Below are positions 1 to 12,096 of a DNA stretch of 64,000 bases, piece by piece; positions within the stretch are counted from its first letter, which is position 1; each line of letters opens with the position of its first letter. Location of the stretch: contig CAXHJY010001001.1 in the NCBI GenBank assembly GCA_964016885.1, positions 62,001-126,000 of the forward strand. Reading direction: 5' to 3'. The notes under the pieces were generated by a model. It was given only the letters and a program-made list of their open reading frames with translations, was not told where the DNA came from and made no database searches. The translations under genes and the position numbers were made by a program. This stretch comes from Eledone cirrhosa (taxonomy: Eukaryota).

Positions 1-3000
1 GTATCCTAAGGCTGTGTCCTACAAATGTTATGCTAAATATGTATGGCGGGGGGTATCCTAAGGCTGTGTCCTACAAATGTTATGCTAAATATGTATGGAG
101 GAGGGTATCCTAAGGCTGTGTCCTACAAATGTTATGCTAAATATGTATGGAGGAGGGTATCCTAAGGCTGTGTCCTACAAATGTTATGCTAAATATGTAT
201 GGTGAGGGGTATCCTAAGGCTGTGTCCTACAAATGTTATGCTAAATATGTATGGAGGAGGGTATCCTAAGGCTGTGTCCTACAAATGTTATGCTAAATAT
301 GTATGGCGGGGGGTATCCTAAGGCTGTGTCCTACAAATGTTATGCTAAATATGTATGGCGGAGGGTATCCTAAGGCTGTGTCCTACAAATGTTATGCTAA
401 ATATGTATGGCGGGGGGTATCCTAAGGCTGTGTCCTACAAATGTTATGCTAAATATGTATGGAGGAGGGTATCCTAAGGCTGTGTCCTACAAATGTTATG
501 CTAAATATGTATGGCGGGGGGGGGGGGTATCCTAAGGCTGTGTCCTACAAATGTTATGCTAAATATGTATGGAGGAGGGTATCCTAAGGCTGTGTCCTAC
601 AAATGTTATGCTAAATATGTATGGCGGGGGGTATCCTAAGGCTGTGTCCTACAAATGTTATGCTAAATATGTATGGAGGAGGGTATCCTAAGGCTGTGTC
701 CTACAAATGTTATGCTAAATATGTATGGCGGGGGGTATCCTAAGGCTGTGTCCTACAAATGTTATGCTAAATATGTATGGTGAGGGGTATCCTAAGGCTG
801 TGTCCTACAAATGTTATGCTAAATATGTATGGCGGGGGGGGGGGGTATCCTAAGGCTGTGTCCTACAAATGTTATGCTAAATATGTATGGAGGAGGGTAT
901 CCTAAGGCTGTGTCCTACAAATGTTATGCTAAATATGTATGGCGGGGGGTATCCTAAGGCTGTGTCCTACAAATGTTATGCTAAATATGTATGGCGGGGG
1001 GTATCCTAAGGCTGTGTCCTACAAATGTTATGCTAAATATGTATGGCGGGGGGTATCCTAAGGCTGTGTCCTACAAATGTTATGCTAAATATGTATGGCG
1101 GGGGGTATCCTAAGGCTGTGTCCTACAAATGTTATGCTAAATATGTATGGCGGGGGGTATCCTAAGGCTGTGTCCTACAAATGTTATGCTAAATATGTAT
1201 GGTGAGGGGTATCCTAAGGCTGTGTCCTACAAATGTTATGCTAAATATGTATGGCGGGGGGGGGGGTATCCTAAGGCTGTGTCCTACAAATGTTATGCTA
1301 AATATGTATGGCGGGGGGGGGGGGTATCCTAAGGCTGTGTCCTACAAATGTTATGCTAAATATGTATGGAGGAGGGTATCCTAAGGCTGTGTCCTACAAA
1401 TGTTATGCTAAATATGTATGGCGGGGGGTATCCTAAGGCTGTGTCCTACAAATGTTATGCTAAATATGTATGGCGGGGGGTATCCTAAGGCTGTGTCCTA
1501 CAAATGTTATGCTAAATATGTATGGAGGAGGGTATCCTAAGGCTGTGTCCTACAAATGTTATGCTAAATATGTATGGCGGGGGGTATCCTAAGGCTGTGT
1601 CCTACAAATGTTATGCTAAATATGTATGGCGGGGGGGGGGGGTATCCTAAGGCTGTGTCCTACAAATGTTATGCTAAATATGTATGGCGGGGGGGGGGGG
1701 GGGTATCCTAAGGCTGTGTCCTACAAATGTTATGCTAAATATGTATGGCGGGGGGTATCCTAAGGCTGTGTCCTACAAATGTTATGCTAAATATGTATGG
1801 CGGGGGGTATCCTAAGGCTGTGTCCTACAAATGTTATGCTAAATATGTATGGAGGAGGGTATCCTAAGGCTGTGTCCTACAAATGTTATGCTAAATATGT
1901 ATGGCGGGGGGTATCCTAAGGCTGTGTCCTACAAATGTTATGCTAAATATGTATGGCGGGGGGGGGGGGTATCCTAAGGCTGTGTCCTACAAATGTTATG
2001 CTAAATATGTATGGCGGGGGGGGGGGGGGGTATCCTAAGGCTGTGTCCTACAAATGTTATGCTAAATATGTATGGCGGGGGGTATCCTAAGGCTGTGTCC
2101 TACAAATGTTATGCTAAATATGTATGGCGGGGGGTATCCTAAGGCTGTGTCCTACAAATGTTATGCTAAATATGTATGGCGGAGGGTATCCTAAGGCTGT
2201 GTCCTACAAATGTTATGCTAAATATGTATGGCGGGGGGTATCCTAAGGCTGTGTCCTACAAATGTTATGCTAAATATGTATGGAGGAGGGTATCCTAAGG
2301 CTGTGTCCTACAAATGTTATGCTAAATATGTATGGCGGAGGGTATCCTAAGGCTGTGTCCTACAAATGTTATGCTAAATATGTATGGAGGAGGGTATCCT
2401 AAGGCTGTGTCCTACAAATGTTATGCTAAATATGTATGGCGGAGGGTATCCTAAGGCTGTGTCCTACAAATGTTATGCTAAATATGTATGGCGGGGGGTA
2501 TCCTAAGGCTGTGTCCTACAAATGTTATGCTAAATATGTATGGCGGGGGGTATCCTAAGGCTGTGTCCTACAAATGTTATGCTAAATATGTATGGCGGGG
2601 GGTATCCTAAGGCTGTGTCCTACAAATGTTATGCTAAATATGTATGGTGAGGGGTATCCTAAGGCTGTGTCCTACAAATGTTATGCTAAATATGTATGGC
2701 GGGGGGTATCCTAAGGCTGTGTCCTACAAATGTTATGCTAAATATGTATGGTGAGGGGTATCCTAAGGCTGTGTCCTACAAATGTTATGCTAAATATGTA
2801 TGGCGGAGTGTATCCTAAGGCTGTGTCCTACAAATGTTATGCTAAATATGTATGGAGGAGGGTATCCTAAGGCTGTGTCCTACAAATGTTATGCTAAATA
2901 TGTATGGAGGAGGGTATCCTAAGGCTGTGTCCTACAAATGTTATGCTAAATATGTATGGTGAGGGGTATCCTAAAGGCTGTGTCCTACAAATGTTATGCT

Positions 3001-4888
3001 AAATATGTATGGTGAGGGGTATCCTAAAGGCTGTGTCCTACAAATGTTATGCTAAATATGTATGGTGAGGGGTATCCTAAAGGCTGTGTCCTACAAATGT
3101 TATGCTAAATATGTATGGTGAGGGGTATCCTAAGGCTGTGTCCTACAAATGTTATGCTAAATATGTATGGTGAGGGGTATCCTAAAGGCTGTGTCCTACA
3201 AATGTTATGCTAAATATGTATGGAGGAGGGTATCCTAAGGCTGTGTCCTACAAATGTTATGCTAAATATGTATGGTGAGGGGTATCCTAAGGCTGTGTCC
3301 TACAAATGTTATGCTAAATATGTATGGCGGGGGGTATCCTAAGGCTGTGTCCTACAAATGTTATGCTAAATATGTATGGTGAGGGGTATCCTAAGGCTGT
3401 GTCCTACAAATGTTATGCTAAATATGTATGGAGGAGGGTATCCTAAGGCTGTGTCCTACAAATGTTATGCTAAATATGTATGGAGGAGGGTATCCTAAGG
3501 CTGTGTCCTACAAATGTTATGCTAAATATGTATGGAGGAGGGTATCCTAAGGCTGTGTCCTACAAATGTTATGCTAAATATGTATGGAGGAGGGTATCCT
3601 AAGGCTGTGTCCTACAATTGTTATGCTAAATATGTATGGAGGAGGGTATCCTAAGGCTGTGTCCTACAAATGTTATGCTAAATATGTATGGTGAGGGGTA
3701 TCCTAAGGCTGTGTCCTACAAATGTTATGCTAAATATGTATGGTGAGGGGTATCCTAAGGCTGTGTCCTACAAATGTTATGCTAAATATGTATGGTGAGG
3801 GGTATCCTAAAGGCTGTGTCCTACAAATGTTATGCTAAATATGTATGGTGAGGGGTATCCTAAAGGCTGTGTCCTACAAATGTTATGCTAAATATGTATG
3901 GTGAGGGGTATCCTAAAGGCTGTGTCCTACAAATGTTATGCTAAATATGTATGGTGAGGGGTATCCTAAAGGCTGTGTCCTACAAATGTTATGCTAAATA
4001 TGTATGGTGAGGGGTATCCTAAGGCTGTGTCCTACAAATGTTATGCTAAATATGTATGGAGGAGGGTATCCTAAGGCTGTGTCCTACAAATGTTATGCTA
4101 AATATGTATGGTGAGGGGTATCCTAAAGGCTGTGTCCTACAAATGTTATGCTAAATATGTATGGAGGAGGGTATCCTAAGGCTGTGTCCTACAAATGTTA
4201 TGCTAAATATGTATGGCGGAGGGTATCCTAAGGCTGTGTCCTACAAATGTTATGCTAAATATGTATGGTGAGGGGTATCCTAAAGGCTGTGTCCTACAAA
4301 TGTTATGCTAAATATGTATGGAGGAGGGTATCCTAATGCTGTGTCCTACAAATGTTATGCTAAATATGTATGGCGGGGGGTATCCTAAGGCTGTGTCCTA
4401 CAAATGTTATGCTAAATATGTATGGTGAGGGGTATCCTAAGGCTGTGTCCTACAAATGTTATGCTAAATATGTATGGTGAGGGGTATTCTAAGGCTGTGT
4501 CCTACAAATGTTATGCTAAATATGTATGGAGGAGGGTATCCTAAGGCTGTGTCCTACAAATGTTATGCTAAATATGTATGGCGGGGGGTACCCTAAGGCT
4601 GTGTCCTACAAATGTTATGCTAAATATGTATGGTGAGGGGTATCCTAAGGCTGTGTCCTACAAATGTTATGCTAAATATGTATGGCGGAGGGTATCCTAA
4701 GGCTGTGTCCTACAAATGTTATGCTAAATATGTATGGCGGGGGGTATCCTAAGGCTGTGTCCTACAAATGTTATGCTAAATATGTATGGCGGGGGGGTAT
4801 CCTAAGGCTGTGTCCTACAAATGTTATGCTAAATATGTATGGCGGGGGGTATCCTAAGGCTGTGTCCTACAAATGTTATGCTAAATAT
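1..4888. repeat. 52-bp tandem satellite (~94 copies; starts before the window)
   Basis: Unit GTATCCTAAGGCTGTGTCCTACAAATGTTATGCTAAATATGTAT-GG(CGGG/AGGA/TGAG/CGGA)GG recurs with 52-bp period (GTATCC at 1, 53, ...); ends at ...CTAAATAT 4888. Confidence 0.98.
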
Positions 4889-5415
4889 ACCTAGGATTTG
4901 TTTTTTAAAAAAAATTCCCGCCAAACATTATTTACAGTGACTGCCGCATACAGCATAATTGCGGGTGTGTACCTGACCGCTGTAGACTAAGGCCCCTAGG
5001 GGCAATGAAGAGGTCGAAGTGATGCCAGCCGTTCAAGATTACAGCCCCTCTCCCACCACAGTAGTAATTCTGATATATGAAGACATTTTGATTGAGAGGT
5101 GGAGAATGAGAGGAAGCAAGAAGTGGGCAGCCATGAGTGGCTAGAATACTGGTGACGTGTACAATTCTTGACCACTCATGGAATGACAACAACAGGATCT
5201 AAATCAACAAACAAAGGAATTCGATGTTAAAGGACAATAGGAAAATCTGCTTCGTAGATTCGAGACGTATCCAAGGACTGCGCAATTTCAGAGTCAGGTG
5301 TGATCACCATATTGATCGTGCCTCGAGCTGGTCGCCCGAGAAACAATTGTAATATGTCAAATAAATTCCTTTCGTCGCAACACTGATTCTCTTTTTTCTG
5401 TGATATATATATATG

Positions 5416-5446
<31 letters not shown>

Positions 5447-5581
5447 GTATATATATGTATATATAGAAACATATATATTTATATGTTTTTTGTTTTTTTA
5501 AAGTTGATTCGAAATCCAGCCACGGCATTCCCTAGTTCTTGTCTTACCACTAGACTATAAAGGCTTAAGTATATATATATG

Positions 5582-5612
<31 letters not shown>

Positions 5613-5665
5613 GTATATATATATGTATATATATATATGCATTTATATATGTCTATATATATATG

Positions 5666-5696
<31 letters not shown>

Positions 5697-5720
5697 GTAT
5701 ATATATATATATGTATATAT

Positions 5721-6227
5721 TGAGGCTTGTTTGCATAATTGCAAACCAATCGAATGTTGCTATTAATATTTGAAAAACTCAGATTACATTTATTCAGCCA
5801 TGTAGAGCGAAATTTTCTCTTTTATTTGAATTTGGCAAAGCCGGCCATTTATCGCTCGTATACAGGAAACTGACTGGCCAGTCAGCTAATATGCAGATCT
5901 CACTGATCAGCCAGTCTGCTAATATACAAATCAGGCCGATCAGTCACTGTGTATTTTTGAAAATAGCATATATTTTCACTAGCTCTGACAGTTTGGCAGG
6001 TCAACAGTGAGCTGTACTGATGAAGGGTGATGCTCAGAAACATTAGTGTCTGCCGTTCTGTTCACATACAAACACAAGAGCAAGAATGAAGGGTTCATTC
6101 TACTGACAGGGCTGTAAAATTGAGGCATGTTTGAATAATTGCAAATGAGTCGAATGTTATTATTAATATTCGAAAAACTCAGATTATATTTATTGTATTC
6201 AGCCAGGTAGAGCAAAATTTTCTTTTT
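5721..6227. repeat. Dispersed ~300-bp repeat (5933-6227) preceded by a partial direct copy of its 3' part (5721-5820); another copy near 62309-62602
   Basis: GGCCGATCAGTCACTGTGTATTTTTGAAAATAGC...CTCAGATT..TTTATTGTATTCAGCCA.GTAGAGCAAAATTTTC is shared with 62309-62602; the TGAGGC.TGTTTG...AAATTTTC block occurs twice locally. Confidence 0.85.
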
Positions 6228-6280
6228 ATATATATATATGTGTGTGTGTGTACATATATATATAGATATAATATATACAT

Positions 6281-6313
<33 letters not shown>

Positions 6314-6323
6314 CATTATATAC

Positions 6324-6386
<63 letters not shown>

Positions 6387-6494
6387 GTTTTTCCGTAGAA
6401 AAGGTAAAGGAAAAGAGAGTGCTCTATATAGGCTGCAGAGCTTTTGGATGATTGAAGGCAGACGTAAGTATCAAGCTCATCTGTCTTGAAAAAA

Positions 6495-6591
6495 CTGATG
6501 ATTTGATTAGGCACAATTGTATTTAAAATTGAGTGACACAACTTCAAGTGATGAGCAATTTTTAGACAACTTAATCAATGAAACAATTGTT
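6495..6591 (+). ncRNA. Degenerate hammerhead-ribozyme-like motif (core, helix II and helix III present; helix I missing)
   Basis: CTGATGA-T-TTGATTAGG...CTTAATCAA-T-GAAA-CAATTG-TT: 9-bp helix II, palindromic helix III ACAATTGT, AATAAA just downstream; flanks do not pair. Confidence 0.5.
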
Positions 6592-6645
6592 AATACTGTA
6601 AATAAAACCCTTTTTGTACTGTTGATCATGTTATTCTTCACTCTT

Positions 6646-6686
<41 letters not shown>

Positions 6687-6706
6687 ATATATAGATATAT
6701 ATATAT

Positions 6707-6757
<51 letters not shown>

Positions 6758-6966
6758 TACATATATACATATATACATATATACACATATATACATATAT
6801 ATATATATATGTATATATATACATATATATCTATATATATATATATATATACACATATATACATATATATATATATATATATACATATATACATATATAT
6901 ATAAATCTATATATATATACATATATACATATATATATAGATGTATATATACATATATATATATAC

Positions 6967-7017
<51 letters not shown>

Positions 7018-7067
7018 CATATATACATACATATATATATACATATATACACACACACATATATATA

Positions 7068-10000
7068 TTACCCCACCACCACTGTTCTTCTAGCCCTCAA
7101 TTTTCCCACCGTTATGGATGGATGAGCTGAGAATACTTTTGAGCAACTCTGAATCAATAGATGAAATATGAATCTGCGAGCTACCAAGCACCCACATGAA
7201 GTGCCAACCCAGAGACCCTCCCCTACGAGTGTCGACAAATGCCCAAAACTCCGAGTTTGTACCATCAATGTAGGCTCAATGAAAGGAAGAGCAGGAGAAA
7301 TCGTAGAAATGCTAGAGCGAAAGGAAGTTGATGTATGCTGTGTGCAAGAGACTAGATGGAGAGGAGGGTCTGCTAGAGTCCTTGTAGGAAAAAGCCAGTG
7401 CTACAAATTTTTCTGGGTGGGAAATGACGATGGGATGGGTGGTGTAGGTATACTATTAGCTGACAAGTCGGTAGATAAAGTAATCTCAGTGTACAGGGTA
7501 AATGCAAGAATCATTAAACTCAGACTAGTCCTGAATAAGACAATTACCACAATAATATCAGCTTACGCACCCCAATCGGGGCTGCCAGACGAACTTAAGG
7601 ATAGGTTTTACGAGTCCCTAATACACACTACTGCTCTAACAGACGACAAGGACTTCCTAATCATTGCAGGAGATTTTAACGGACACGTAGGTAAACACTG
7701 CGACGGCTTCAATAGAGTACATGGAGGCCATGGAGTTGGCACAAGGAATGAGGAAGGATTCAGACTTCTAGAATTCTGCGACGCCAATGACATGTCGATA
7801 TGTAACACAAACTTTAAAAAACCCGACAACCATCTGATCACCTATAGATCAGGGGAGCACTCTAGTCAGTTAGATTTTATCCTCATCAGAGGACGTGACA
7901 GATGGACGGTCGTAAACACAAAAGCCTTCCCTAGTGAGGAATGTACATCCCAACATAGCTTAGTTGTCAGCGACCTCACGGTCAGAACTAGACGAACTCG
8001 GAAACAGAGGCCAACCTGGCGAAGAAAGATCTGGAAGCTGAAAGTCCCCTCAACCAGTAACAGATTTAAAGATATTTTACTCAACGCCTACGACAGTAAA
8101 GAAGAACAGATAGAGACATTTAACGGAGAAGAGAACTGGGAGTTCCTAAAAAATAACTTACTAGAGGCGACGGATGAGGTTTGTGGCTGGAGTAAGACCT
8201 CAAGCAGGAGGAGAGTGACTTGGTGGTGGAACAATAAGGTAGATGAAGCAGTCAAGGCCAAGAGACAGGCATGGAAAGAATGGAAGAACGGGGGGAGCAG
8301 GGTACATTACATAGAGACCAAGAGGGAAGCTAGGCGACAAGTATACTTAGCTAGGAGGGAAGCAGAGGATAGAAAATTCAAGCATGTTTTACAACGTGAG
8401 GACCAGAAACAGGAGATATTCAAGATTGCGAGGCACTGTGTCAGAGATAGTTGTGATGTCATTGGAGAGAAGTGTATCCGGAATGATAAAGGTGAGCTTG
8501 CCCTCACAAGTGCTGAGAAGAAAGATGCATGGAAGAGTCATTATGATAGATTACTAAATGAGGAGAATGCATGGGAAGAAGAGACCCTACCCCACGTAGA
8601 CCCTATAGAGGAACCAGCAGTACAAGTCAGCGGCAGCGTAGTAAGTAAGGCAATCAGAGATATGAAGATAGGGAAGGCAACCGGTCCATCGGGTATAGCT
8701 GCCGAGATGCTGAAGGCATCTGGGTCTGTAGGTCACACTATAACCACACGTATCGTTAACCAGGTAATACTAGAGGGGGCCATACCAAAAGATTGGTGCA
8801 GTAGCATCATTGTCAACTGCTACAAAGGTGAAGGCGATGCACTAGATAGAGGAAACTATAGAGGTATAAAGTTGATGGACCAGGTCATGAAAGTAACAGA
8901 AAGAGTTATAGCACAGCTGATTAGGGACCGGGTGAATATAGACGAGATGCAATTTGGGTTTGTACCAGGGAAAAGCACCACTGATGCCCTCTTCCTTGTG
9001 AGGCAATTACAGGAAAAGTACCTAGCTAAAAGTAAGCCACTCTACTTGGCATTTGTCGACCTTGAGAAAGCCTTTGACAGAGTTCCACGTGCAGTAATCT
9101 GGTGGGCTCTTAGAAAACTAGGAGTAGATGAATGGCTTGTGAAAGCGGTACAAGCCATGTATAGGGGAGCAGTCAGCAAAGTTAGGATTAGCAATGAGTA
9201 TAGCGAGGAATTTAGTGTACAGGTTGGGGTCCACCAGGGCTCTGTTCTTAGCCCTCTCCTGTTCATCATAGTCCTGCAGGCAATAACGGAGGAGTTTAAG
9301 ACCGGATGCCCATGGGAACTCCTGTATGCTGATGACCTCGCACTCATAGCTGAATCTATGGTAGAACTAGAGAATAAATTCCAAACCTGGAAGCAGGGAC
9401 TAGAGAGAAAGGGCCTCAAAGTCAACATGACAAAGACTAAGGTCCTTATAAGTAGACGAGAAAACAGAACCCAGATCCCCTCAGGGAAATGGCCTTGCTC
9501 AGTATGTAGGAAAGGTGTAGGTAGGAACTCCATTCTCTGCCCCAAATGCAAACAATGGGTACACAAGAGATGTAGCGGGATCTCAGGAAGCTTAATTAAG
9601 AATGTAGGATTCACATGCAGCAGCTGTGCTGAAACAGCAAGCAAACAGCCACAGGAAACAAGTACCACCAATCTCTGGGAGGGCCCTGTAGAAACAGTAA
9701 ACAGCTTCTGCTACCTAGGTGACCGAATTAGCAACGGAGGTGGGTGCTCAGAAAGTACAATAACTAGGGTAAGAACGGGATGGAAGAAGTTTAGGGAACT
9801 ACTACCACTGCTAGCTGCAAAAGGCTTCTCCCTCAGAATGAAAGGCAGACTGTATGATGCGTGTATCCGAACAGCGATGTTGCATGGTAGTGAGACCTGG
9901 GTGCTGAAGGTGGAAGACTTACGTAGATTAGAGAGAAACGAAGCCTGCATGCTCCGATGGATGTGTAACAGTAATATACGTGAACGACAAAGCATAAAGG

Positions 10001-10590
10001 AATTGAGAGAGAGACTGAGCATAAGAGGAATCAAATGCTGTGTGCAGGAGAGGCGGTTACGCTGGTATGGACATGTGATGCGTATGAAGGATGATAGCTG
10101 CATAAAAAGGTGCAGAGCACTAGAAGTTGATGGAAACCGCGGGGTGGGGAGACCCAAGATGACTTGCGATGAGGTGATAAAAGCCGACCTTACCCAACTA
10201 CACCTCTCAAAGTCAATGACACACGACCGTGACTTCTGGCGTCACGCAGTTATACAGGGTACCCGACCTCCCATGGGTACATGCTGAAGCATATAAACAA
10301 TATGCCCCCACTCCCCCCACCGCAAGGTGGTCGTGGAGGTGCCACGGCAAAAAAGCACCCAGCCCACACTGTAAAGTGGACGTGTAGGCGCCACGAAAAA
10401 GCACCCAGCACTCACTGTAAATGAGGTTGGTGTTAGGAAGGGCATCCAGCTGTAGAAATCAAGCCAGATCAGTTCCTGTATGAGCAAGGCATGGTCAGCC
10501 GACCAGACACTGCCCACAACAGGACAACCCGTCTAACCCATGCTAGCGTGGAAGAACGGACGTAAAACGGTGATGATGATGATGATGATG

Positions 10591-10592
<2 letters not shown>
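7068..10592 (+). mobile_element. Near full-length RTE-clade LINE inserted in a (TA)n tract
   Basis: Single long APE-RT ORF, ~300-bp 3' UTR ending in (GAT)n at ~10570-10592, TA repeats on both flanks. Confidence 0.93.
7168..10287 (+). CDS. RTE LINE polyprotein: APE endonuclease + reverse transcriptase + C4HC3 PHD-type zinc finger
   Basis: APE motifs (TINVGS, CVQETRW, SAYAPQ, AGDFNGH, LDFILI, SQHSLV); RT motifs (NYRGIKL, QFGF, FVDLEKAFD, GVHQGSVLSPLLF, LLYADD, FCYLG); CSVC..CPKC..WVHKRC..CSSC; RTE-type C-terminus RRLRWYGHV. No stops in 1039 aa. Confidence 0.96.
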   Translation: MNLRATKHPHEVPTQRPSPTSVDKCPKLRVCTINVGSMKGRAGEIVEMLERKEVDVCCVQETRWRGGSARVLVGKSQCYKFFWVGNDDGMGGVGILLADKSVDKVISVYRVNARIIKLRLVLNKTITTIISAYAPQSGLPDELKDRFYESLIHTTALTDDKDFLIIAGDFNGHVGKHCDGFNRVHGGHGVGTRNEEGFRLLEFCDANDMSICNTNFKKPDNHLITYRSGEHSSQLDFILIRGRDRWTVVNTKAFPSEECTSQHSLVVSDLTVRTRRTRKQRPTWRRKIWKLKVPSTSNRFKDILLNAYDSKEEQIETFNGEENWEFLKNNLLEATDEVCGWSKTSSRRRVTWWWNNKVDEAVKAKRQAWKEWKNGGSRVHYIETKREARRQVYLARREAEDRKFKHVLQREDQKQEIFKIARHCVRDSCDVIGEKCIRNDKGELALTSAEKKDAWKSHYDRLLNEENAWEEETLPHVDPIEEPAVQVSGSVVSKAIRDMKIGKATGPSGIAAEMLKASGSVGHTITTRIVNQVILEGAIPKDWCSSIIVNCYKGEGDALDRGNYRGIKLMDQVMKVTERVIAQLIRDRVNIDEMQFGFVPGKSTTDALFLVRQLQEKYLAKSKPLYLAFVDLEKAFDRVPRAVIWWALRKLGVDEWLVKAVQAMYRGAVSKVRISNEYSEEFSVQVGVHQGSVLSPLLFIIVLQAITEEFKTGCPWELLYADDLALIAESMVELENKFQTWKQGLERKGLKVNMTKTKVLISRRENRTQIPSGKWPCSVCRKGVGRNSILCPKCKQWVHKRCSGISGSLIKNVGFTCSSCAETASKQPQETSTTNLWEGPVETVNSFCYLGDRISNGGGCSESTITRVRTGWKKFRELLPLLAAKGFSLRMKGRLYDACIRTAMLHGSETWVLKVEDLRRLERNEACMLRWMCNSNIRERQSIKELRERLSIRGIKCCVQERRLRWYGHVMRMKDDSCIKRCRALEVDGNRGVGRPKMTCDEVIKADLTQLHLSKSMTHDRDFWRHAVIQGTRPPMGTC

Positions 10593-10651
<59 letters not shown>

Positions 10652-10652
10652 G

Positions 10653-10684
<32 letters not shown>

Positions 10685-10908
10685 AACAATTAAGTTAAAA
10701 ATGTACATCCACATATGTATACTGAAATACTAGTATGCATATGAATACACACACGTATACATATGTAGATGTACCAAGTCTTTCACTGGTCACTTTACTG
10801 TGAGTATCCAGCTATTCTGTATGTAAACACACAGACAAACCGGTTTTTAGAGTCATACTGGTTTTTGAGGAAACACCTTTCCTCTATTCTCCAGAAAGCC
10901 AGACAAGG

Positions 10909-10953
10909 AATATTGAACTAGTTTCGTTGTTGTTACAACTCATCAGCAATATT
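10909..10953 (-). ncRNA. Minimal type I hammerhead ribozyme (mirror copy in the left palindrome arm)
   Basis: Reverse complement of 11217-11261. Confidence 0.83.
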
Positions 10954-11216
10954 TACCTATCTACCGGCCTTTCTGGAGAATCGTAAAAGTACATATCGTT
11001 ATATGCTTTTTCTATGAAAATTAGTAGTGGGCAGACTAATTTGCATAGAGTGTGAGTACGTACCGGTTCAACGGAGACGATAAAAACAATCGTCTCCGTT
11101 GAACCGGTACGTACTCACACTCTATGCAAATTAGTCTGCCCACTACTAATTTTCATAGAAAAAGCATATAACGATATGTACTTTTACGATTCTCCAGAAA
11201 GGCCGGTAGATAGGTA

Positions 11217-11261
11217 AATATTGCTGATGAGTTGTAACAACAACGAAACTAGTTCAATATT
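11217..11261 (+). ncRNA. Minimal type I hammerhead ribozyme
   Basis: AATATTG-[CTGATGA]-GTTG taacaa CAAC-[GAAA]-C ta G-TT^-CAATATT: 7-bp helix I, 4-bp helix II, palindromic helix III ACTAGT, GUU site. Confidence 0.85.
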
Positions 11262-11549
11262 CCTTGTCTGGCTTTCTGGAGAATAGAGGAAAGGTGTTTC
11301 CTCAAAAACCAGTATGACTCTAAAAACCGGTTTGTCTGTGTGTTTACATACAGAATAGCTGGATACTCACAGTAAAGTGACCAGTGAAAGACTTGGTACA
11401 TCTACATATGTATACGTGTGTGTATTCATATGCATACTAGTATTTCAGTATACATATGTGGATGTACATTTTTAACTTAATTGTTTAAGCGTCAGTCATA
11501 CAAAAGTGAGTTACAAACGAAACGAAATTTAATTTCGTTTCGTTATTTG

Positions 11550-11586
<37 letters not shown>

Positions 11587-11587
<1 letters not shown>

Positions 11588-11687
11588 GGTCCCGGGTTGA
11601 GTCGGGGATAACCACAGTAAGTAAGGTACTCTTCCTGAAGATTTCATCTGAATGAAACAGTACTAGTCCTGTAGAAGCTCCTTCTAT
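11587..11687 (-). mobile_element. Short Penelope-like pLTR remnant (same family as 58943-59169, direct arm missing)
   Basis: Minus-strand GAGTACCTTACTTACTGTGGTTATCCCCGACTCAACCCGG matches 59094-59133; the adjacent segment matches the HHR arm of that element. Confidence 0.75.
11631..11677 (+). ncRNA. Type I hammerhead ribozyme
   Basis: CTTC-[CTGAAGA]-T TTC atct GAA T-[GAAA]-CAG tactagtc CTG-TA^-GAAG; GUA site; helix I covaries with the 59007 copy (AGATTC/GAATYT). Confidence 0.78.
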
Positions 11688-11697
11688 AAAATAAAAA

Positions 11698-11754
<57 letters not shown>

Positions 11755-11765
11755 TGTATATATAC

Positions 11766-11848
<83 letters not shown>

Positions 11849-12006
11849 CATATATACATACATATATATATATATATATACATATATACATACATATATA
11901 CATACATATATATATATACATATATACATACATACATTATGAAGAGAGAAGAAACATTTAGATATAATTAGTAATAAAATGTATCATACCTAAACTGCTC
12001 CTAGAT

Positions 12007-12096
12007 TCCTCGACTACGTAGTTTCGTGGCATAAAGAAAAACAATATATCATAAAGATATAGAGTCCTTGCGAGGTCTGCCGACTTATCAAGAGGA
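12007..12096 (-). ncRNA. Type I hammerhead ribozyme, U3-A8 core variant
   Basis: Minus strand: TCCTC-[TTGATAA]-GT(C)GGCA..~45 nt..TGCCAC-[GAAA]-CTACGTAG-TC^-GAGGA; palindromic helix III ACTACGTAGT; GUC site. Confidence 0.75.

Larger units (their letters stand above)
5403..7067. repeat. (TA)n/(TACA)n microsatellite tracts interleaved with short repeat islands
   Basis: Direct reading; source of the spurious YI-rich ORFs. Confidence 0.9.
10685..11553. mobile_element. Fold-back Penelope-like pseudo-LTR: 397-bp inverted arms (10685-11081 / 11089-11485), 7-nt loop, ~65-bp unique tail
   Basis: Arms are reverse complements as read by eye; loop AAAAACA; each arm carries an HHR; unit is flanked by (TA)n. 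Confidence 0.85.

Noticed and set aside
1-4888. CRISPR-like constant repeat plus variable spacer
   Set aside because: The variable part is ~8 bp with only about four recurring states; no cas genes; eukaryotic context.
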